Source: an uncultured delta proteobacterium
GTDB taxonomy: Bacteria; Desulfobacterota; Binatia; Binatales; Binataceae
Direction: 5' to 3'
Assembly: GCA_963765675.1 (NCBI GenBank)
Contig: CAVXXK010000001.1
Coordinates: 2,368,001-2,432,000, forward strand
Length of the DNA: 64,000 nt
Part shown: one piece after another, positions 59,107-64,000 of the stretch
Layout: every line of letters starts with the position of its first letter
Position numbering within the stretch: the stretch's first letter is position 1
The notes under the pieces: model-generated
Told to the model about the DNA's origin: nothing
Database searches by the model: none
Seen by the model: the letters and a program-made list of their open reading frames with translations, nothing else
Position numbers and translations under genes: made by a program

Positions 59107-59385
59107 ATGGCCCACTTGCGCATTCATGAAGTGAAAGCTTTAGAAGGCCTCAAGCTACGACTGACGCTTACCGATGGATCTGCGATTGAACGCGACGTGA
59201 CAAAGCTTCTCATTGGACCAGTGTTCGATCTCATCCGAAAAGATCCAGCCGCCTTTGCAAAAGCACGGATCGAAGGTGGGACCGTGGTATGGCCGAACGG
59301 TGCTGACCTCTGCCCGGATGTCCTGATCTGGGGCGGCGCGCCTCCTGAAGACGGCCAACAGCCAGCACATCCGCCGCAGGCGTGA
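59107..59385 (+). CDS. DUF2442 domain protein (TA-associated), no DUF4160 partner seen
   Basis: LRLTLTDG, GPVF, GTVVWPNGADLCPDVL. Confidence 0.85.
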   Translation: MAHLRIHEVKALEGLKLRLTLTDGSAIERDVTKLLIGPVFDLIRKDPAAFAKARIEGGTVVWPNGADLCPDVLIWGGAPPEDGQQPAHPPQA

Positions 59386-59542
59386 CGTGGGGCAGTTATT
59401 GCCCCGCAATGGCGCCCTGGGGCCAGACACGATCTGCATTGAAAAGGATGCTAAGCTTGAGCTATTAGCCGATCAGAGCAAACGAAGTTCGTCTGAGCCT
59501 TGGTCTTTAGAAAGCGTCTTTAGACGCGTCGAGGAACCATTC

Positions 59543-60640
59543 ATGCAAAAGCCGATTATCTCCGCCGATTCGCATATCACCGAGCCCGCCGGGACTTACA
59601 TCGACCGGATCGACTCCAAGTACAAAGACTCGGCGCCGCACATGGTTCGCGACGACAAGCTGGGCGATGTGTTTATCGTCAAGGACTTTCCGCGTCCGGT
59701 GAATATCGGGCTTGCCGCCGCGGCCGGCCGCAATGCCGAGGACCTCAAGATCGGTGGCTGCAAGTTCGAAGAGATGCATCGCGGCGGATGGGATCCCAAC
59801 GCGCGGATGGCCGACCAGGATCGCGACGGCGTCGCCGCCGAGGTGATTTATCCGACAATCGGCATGGTGCTCTGTAATCATCGCGACTTCGACTACAAGA
59901 AAGCCTGCTTCGATGCTTACAACCTGTGGATCGGAGAATATTGCGACGCGCATCCCGCCCGCCTCATCGGAGTAGGGCAGACTGCGATGCGCTCAGTCGA
60001 GGAAGGAATCGAAGACCTGCGCAAGATGAAAGCACTCGGACTGCGCGGCGTGATGATGCCCGGGAATCCCAAGCTCGAAGATTACGACAGCCCAATCTAC
60101 GCGCCCTTTTACGAAGCCGCGATCGACCTCGAGATGCCGCTGAGCTTCCATATCCTGACCAGCAACCAGGACAACTTCCGCACGCGCGGCCCGAAGCTCA
60201 ACAGCTTCCTGTCGATCATCCGCGGATGCCAGGACATCATGGGCACGTTCATCCTGGGCGGCGTTTTCGAGCGCCATCCGAAGCTCAAGGTGGTGTGCGT
60301 CGAGGCGGACGCCGGATGGGTTCCGCACTACATGTACCGGATGGATCACGCGTACGATCGGCATCGCTACTGGCTGCCCGCCGGAACGCTATCGAAGATG
60401 CCGAGTGAGTATTTCCGCGAGAATATCTACACGACCTTCCAGGACGACTGGGTCGCGTTCCAGATGAAGGACATGTGCAATATCCGCCGCCTGATGTGGG
60501 CCAACGATTTCCCGCATAGCGACTCGACCTGGCCGTGGTCGCAGGAGATCCTGCAAAAGCACACCGCGAACATGAACGAGCAGGAGAAGAACTACGTCCT
60601 CCACGACAACGTTGCGGAGCTATATCATCTGAGCATCTAG
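59543..60640 (+). CDS. Amidohydrolase 2 family protein
   Basis: ISADSH, DGVAAEVIYPT, FH, VEADAGW, WANDFPHSD. Confidence 0.92.
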   Translation: MQKPIISADSHITEPAGTYIDRIDSKYKDSAPHMVRDDKLGDVFIVKDFPRPVNIGLAAAAGRNAEDLKIGGCKFEEMHRGGWDPNARMADQDRDGVAAEVIYPTIGMVLCNHRDFDYKKACFDAYNLWIGEYCDAHPARLIGVGQTAMRSVEEGIEDLRKMKALGLRGVMMPGNPKLEDYDSPIYAPFYEAAIDLEMPLSFHILTSNQDNFRTRGPKLNSFLSIIRGCQDIMGTFILGGVFERHPKLKVVCVEADAGWVPHYMYRMDHAYDRHRYWLPAGTLSKMPSEYFRENIYTTFQDDWVAFQMKDMCNIRRLMWANDFPHSDSTWPWSQEILQKHTANMNEQEKNYVLHDNVAELYHLSI

Positions 60641-60668
60641 CGCGCTCCGACGTGCGGCTCCTGCTCAT

Positions 60669-60747
60669 ACCCTCTCCCTCCGGGAGAGGGTGGCGTGGCG
60701 CGAGCATTGCTTTTTTTCGCAATCACCGTGACGCGTGGGTGAGGGCG
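60669..60747 (-). repeat. Family A long variant, copy 3
   Basis: Reverse complement reads GCCCTCACCCACGCGTCACGGTGATTGCGAAAAAAAGCAATGCTCGCGCCACGCCACCCTCTCCCGGAGGGAGAGGG. Confidence 0.85.
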
Positions 60748-60751
60748 GCCT

Positions 60752-60928
60752 TTCTGGTCCCTCGCCCTGAAAGGGAGAGGTTAGGTGAGGGACCGATCTG
60801 CGCGCGGCATGGTTTGCCGCGCGCCTTAAATTCTGCCAGGAGCTTTCTCTTTAATGCGCGCGGCGCTGGCGCGCCGCGCTGAATTCGGTCCCTCACCTGG
60901 CCTCTCCCAAACTGGGCGAGGGATCAGA
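60752..60928 (-). repeat. Structured element family D
   Basis: Reverse complement aligns end to end with 17153..17325. Confidence 0.9.
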
Positions 60929-60944
60929 CAGTAGGGCGAGGGAT

Positions 60945-60979
60945 AAAAAAGGGCGGCCCTTCTGCGGCCGCCCTTTTTT
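60945..60979. terminator. Bidirectional rho-independent terminator
   Basis: A6-GGGCGGCC-loop-GGCCGCCC-T6 between convergent genes. Confidence 0.85.
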
Positions 60980-61001
60980 GCGCTGAATCGCGGTGTGCTC
61001 T

Positions 61002-62330
61002 CTAATAATAATCGACCGGGTCGATTTGGCGCTTGGCGCCGTACCAGAAGAGCATGTTCTCAGTCAGTCCCTGCCAGGTGAACTTGTTCGGCGGCAACAG
61101 CAGCCGCTTGAACATCGACTTGAACGAATAGAATTCCTTGGTGCAGCGCCATACACCTTCTTCGACTTCCTGCGGCGACATGTTCTTGGGCACGAACATG
61201 CAGCGGAAGTTGTTGGTGTACAGGTCGGCATCCGGGATGATCACGCGGCCCTCGTTTTCGAGCTGCGTGCGCATCGGGGTGCCGCGTCGCGGCGTGACGG
61301 TGTTGAAGAACGCCTCCGGGGCGCGGACTTCGTGCAGGAACTTCATCGTCTCGTCGAAGATGCCGGGGCGATCTTCTTCGAGTCCGAACAGGAAATTCAA
61401 CGAGTAGTAGATTCCATACTTTTCGAGCTTCTTCAGGAGCTTTTTGTACTGATTGGCGTGGTTCTGAATCTTGTTCATCGACAGCAGCGAGTCCTGGCTG
61501 ATCGATTCCACGCCGATATTGACGTGGAAGATTCCGGCCTTGGCCGCAAGGTCGAGCAGCTCGTCGTCATGATTCGAGTTGATCGTCCATAGGCACGAGA
61601 AGCGGATATTCAGCGGTTCGAGCGCCTTGAACAGCTCGCGCGCGAACTTGTGCTTGCCGGTGATCTGATCGTCGATAAACTGGAAGCGCCGGAAGCCCGT
61701 TATCTTGATGACTTCCTTCATCTCCTCGACGATGTCCTCGATCGGCCGGGTCCGGTAACTGCCGTCATAGAACACCGGAATCTCGCAGAAGGAGCATCGG
61801 TAGGGGCATCCGCGGCTCGCCTGCACCGGGACCGCCTTAAACAGATATTTGTTGAGCTTCAGAAGCTCGTGGCGCGGACGCGGCAGGTTCTTCAAGTCGT
61901 GAACCTTGGTGGACTTGTAAACCTGCTTGAGCTTGCCGTCGCGCCAATCCTGCAGGAGCTCGGGCCACACCAGGTCGGCCTCGCCCTGCACGACGGCGTC
62001 AGCGTGATGGAGAGCCTCTTCGGTCTGGAGGGTTGCGTGGAAGCCGCCGAGGACCACCGGGATTCCGCGCTTGCGGAATTCGTCGCCGAGCTGATAGGCG
62101 CGCAGCGATGCGCCGATCGTGGTGGTCATCCCGACCAGATCCCATCCGCCGTCGAAGTTGATGTCCTCGAGGCGCTCGTCGCACAAGGTTACGTCGTATT
62201 CCGCGGGAGTGAGTCCCGCCATCAGCGGAATCATCAGTCCCATGATGAGCCGCCACCGGGTTTTATGCGGAGTACCGTCCAGATGGATGGTCGTAGGCTG
62301 TACCAGCAGGATCCTGGGTTTCTTGTTCAT
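61002..62330 (-). CDS. B12-binding domain radical SAM protein
   Basis: VVLGGFHAT, GEAD, SRGCPYRCSFC (CxxxCxxC), IGVES, TPRRGT. Confidence 0.92.
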   Translation of the reverse strand: MNKKPRILLVQPTTIHLDGTPHKTRWRLIMGLMIPLMAGLTPAEYDVTLCDERLEDINFDGGWDLVGMTTTIGASLRAYQLGDEFRKRGIPVVLGGFHATLQTEEALHHADAVVQGEADLVWPELLQDWRDGKLKQVYKSTKVHDLKNLPRPRHELLKLNKYLFKAVPVQASRGCPYRCSFCEIPVFYDGSYRTRPIEDIVEEMKEVIKITGFRRFQFIDDQITGKHKFARELFKALEPLNIRFSCLWTINSNHDDELLDLAAKAGIFHVNIGVESISQDSLLSMNKIQNHANQYKKLLKKLEKYGIYYSLNFLFGLEEDRPGIFDETMKFLHEVRAPEAFFNTVTPRRGTPMRTQLENEGRVIIPDADLYTNNFRCMFVPKNMSPQEVEEGVWRCTKEFYSFKSMFKRLLLPPNKFTWQGLTENMLFWYGAKRQIDPVDYY

Positions 62331-62391
62331 GTCCTCTCTCCGACGAAAATTCCGTCGTTCAATCTCCCGCATGACCTATAGAAAAAGGTGA

Positions 62392-63620
62392 CTAAGCCGG
62401 CCGCGCATCCGGGCCCGGATTCTCCGGCGCCTTGCGAGCGACCAGCCACATCAGGCCAATAGCGAACACGTAGGTTCCGAACGCGGTCCCCCACGCGAAC
62501 CATTCGATTCGATTTATCAAGGCCAGCACGACCAGCAGATAGGCGAAGTCGCGCCCGCTCCATCGGTCAACCGCTTCGAGCCACTTCTCCGCAACGTCTC
62601 CGCGCAGCGAAAACGCGCGGTAGGTCGCGTACGAGCACGCTCCAAAGCCACCCAGCACCAATATAGTTAGCCACAGATATGCGATACTTCCGCTCGCCCG
62701 GTAGCATCCCACGTAGATGCCGATAAAGACCGCGACGTGCACGATATTATCGGTCACGACGTCGAGCTTGCCCCCAAAATTGGTTTCGCTCATCTTGAGT
62801 CGCGCCAATTCACCGTCCACGCCGTCGAGCGTGATCGAGACGAGAAACAGAATCGCCGCCGCCAGCCGCGACCAGTAACCCGGTATCGCGAACATCCATC
62901 CGCAGGTGAGGCCGAGGATCGTATTTGCGATCGTGACTTGATTCGGGGTGATAGCCGTCCGCGCCAGGCGCAGGCTGAGCCGCCACGAAAGCTTGCGATC
63001 GACCCATCGCGCCATCGGCGCGTCCTTCGCCGCGGTCTCGCGCCGCAGGGATCGGGCAAGCCGCACTTCCGCTTCCTCGCGATCTTCGGGGCGTCCGTTC
63101 AGTGCGTAGGGCAGGTCGCCCATAGGCCTGCGAAATTGGTCGGCATTGACGATTCCGCCTCGGCGCAGCAGTTCCGCACACGGTCCGGCTGCGATCTCTC
63201 CGCCATGGTCCGAGTCCGAGGTCGTCAGGCGGACGATCGTGCCGGGCTTGTCGGCGGCTTCGGCCAGCACCTGTTCAAGTTGTGACTTAAAGAACACAAG
63301 GTTTCCGGACAGCGCGATACAGGCGACCGTAGGATCGATCTGCGCGCGCTCAGCGACTTGGGCATCAAGGTGATCAACCAAGGTTATTGTAGGATTGCTC
63401 TTAAAGCGTCCGAGCGAGGCTTCGATTTCCGCGCGCCGCGCGGGGGAGCCTCGACGATGAAGCGGCTGATTCCGGCGCGCTCGCACGAAATTATCAGCCG
63501 TTCCAGAAGTGGCCGGCCAAAAATCCGATTGTCGGCGCGCGATGGAGCGGCGATTAGTGCCGTTTCTGTACTCAATGTCTTATAGAACCCGGTTTCCCAA
63601 TAGACTGTCCGGCTGGTCAA
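62392..63620 (-). CDS. CDP-alcohol phosphatidyltransferase with N-terminal nucleotidyltransferase-like region, apparent frameshift near 63444
   Basis: TPNQVT and LDGVDGELAR...GGKLDVVTD signature; N-terminal IFGRPLLERL...AGI is in the 63384 frame. Confidence 0.85.
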
Positions 63621-63932
63621 GGTAACATGCCGGTAACTCCACTGCTAGAAGCCCCCCTTCAAAATCTTCACCCTGTTTATGAGCCATCCTGCTTGAACCG
63701 GGACGCAATCGGCCGTCGCAGGACCTATTCGTTTTGCCACGATGCGCAAGAAATCTAACCTTGTCTGGCTTCGATTTCGGAAAAGTAGGCCTCCGGCGAA
63801 GGATTTAGGGCGCAAGCGCCGTCATGTCAAATCGGTTAAATCCTCGCTCTGCCAGGCGCAACCCGAATGCTGCCTAGTGACGACATCGGGGCGCTGGTAA
63901 ACTCCATCAGTCACGATGGATCACGTACGGGA

Positions 63933-64000
63933 ATGATTACCACGCTCCTTTTTGATTTCGGCAGCACGCTCGATGGGCCTACATACTGGCTCGATCGTTT
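63933..64000 (+). CDS. HAD-family hydrolase (3'-truncated by window edge)
   Basis: MITTLLFDFGSTLDG resembles HAD motif I. Confidence 0.6.
   Translation, partial: MITTLLFDFGSTLDGPTYWLDR

Noticed and set aside
5422-60928. Repeat clusters as a CRISPR array or integron attC array
   Set aside because: No regular repeat-spacer period, no cas or integrase gene, and no RYYYAAC/GTTRRRY ends; the copies are dispersed palindromes
6912-63620. Seven split genes (secreted protein 6912, spoVR, DUF3106, acyltransferase, P-loop kinase, HI0933 flavoprotein, CDP-alcohol transferase) as programmed frameshifts or pseudogenes
   Set aside because: Each is repaired by single-base indels, mostly in short C/G runs. 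The genes are unrelated, otherwise intact and share no slippery motif, so long-read consensus error is the simplest explanation. Read polishing would settle it.
63790-63850. Hairpin GCGAAGGATTTA...TAAATCCTCGC upstream of the lipid locus as a cobalamin riboswitch
   Set aside because: I could not find the B12-box or other conserved riboswitch motifs; only a short stem is supported

Overview
High-GC bacterial chromosomal window with about 58 protein-coding genes. I saw no rRNA, tRNA, CRISPR array, transposase, integrase or phage genes. The gene mix (many amidases, amidohydrolases, an SDR, SnoaL proteins and orphan secreted proteins) suggests a soil organism such as Candidatus Binatota, which is inference only. 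Recognisable loci: aqpZ; a stand-alone astA; prkA/yeaG-yeaH-spoVR split by a repeat-rich insert carrying an orphan MNT gene; an ECF sigma/anti-sigma/DUF3106 operon; hicBA; a copper amine oxidase and amide catabolic region; a seven-gene MoxR cluster with the same layout as M. tuberculosis Rv3689-Rv3695; a DksA/TraR gene; and a B12-radical SAM plus CDP-alcohol phosphatidyltransferase pair. Seven genes carry apparent single-base frameshifts, mostly in short homopolymers, probably long-read errors. The most interesting signals are non-coding. (1) Two divergent copies of an ECF-type promoter, GTAAAC-N17-CGTCCAA, link the ECF operon to an uncharacterised secreted repeat protein. (2) At least five families of palindromic elements nest into mosaic intergenic islands. 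One family lies upstream of, and in the same orientation as, both orphan antitoxin-like genes, and another flanks astA as direct repeats.
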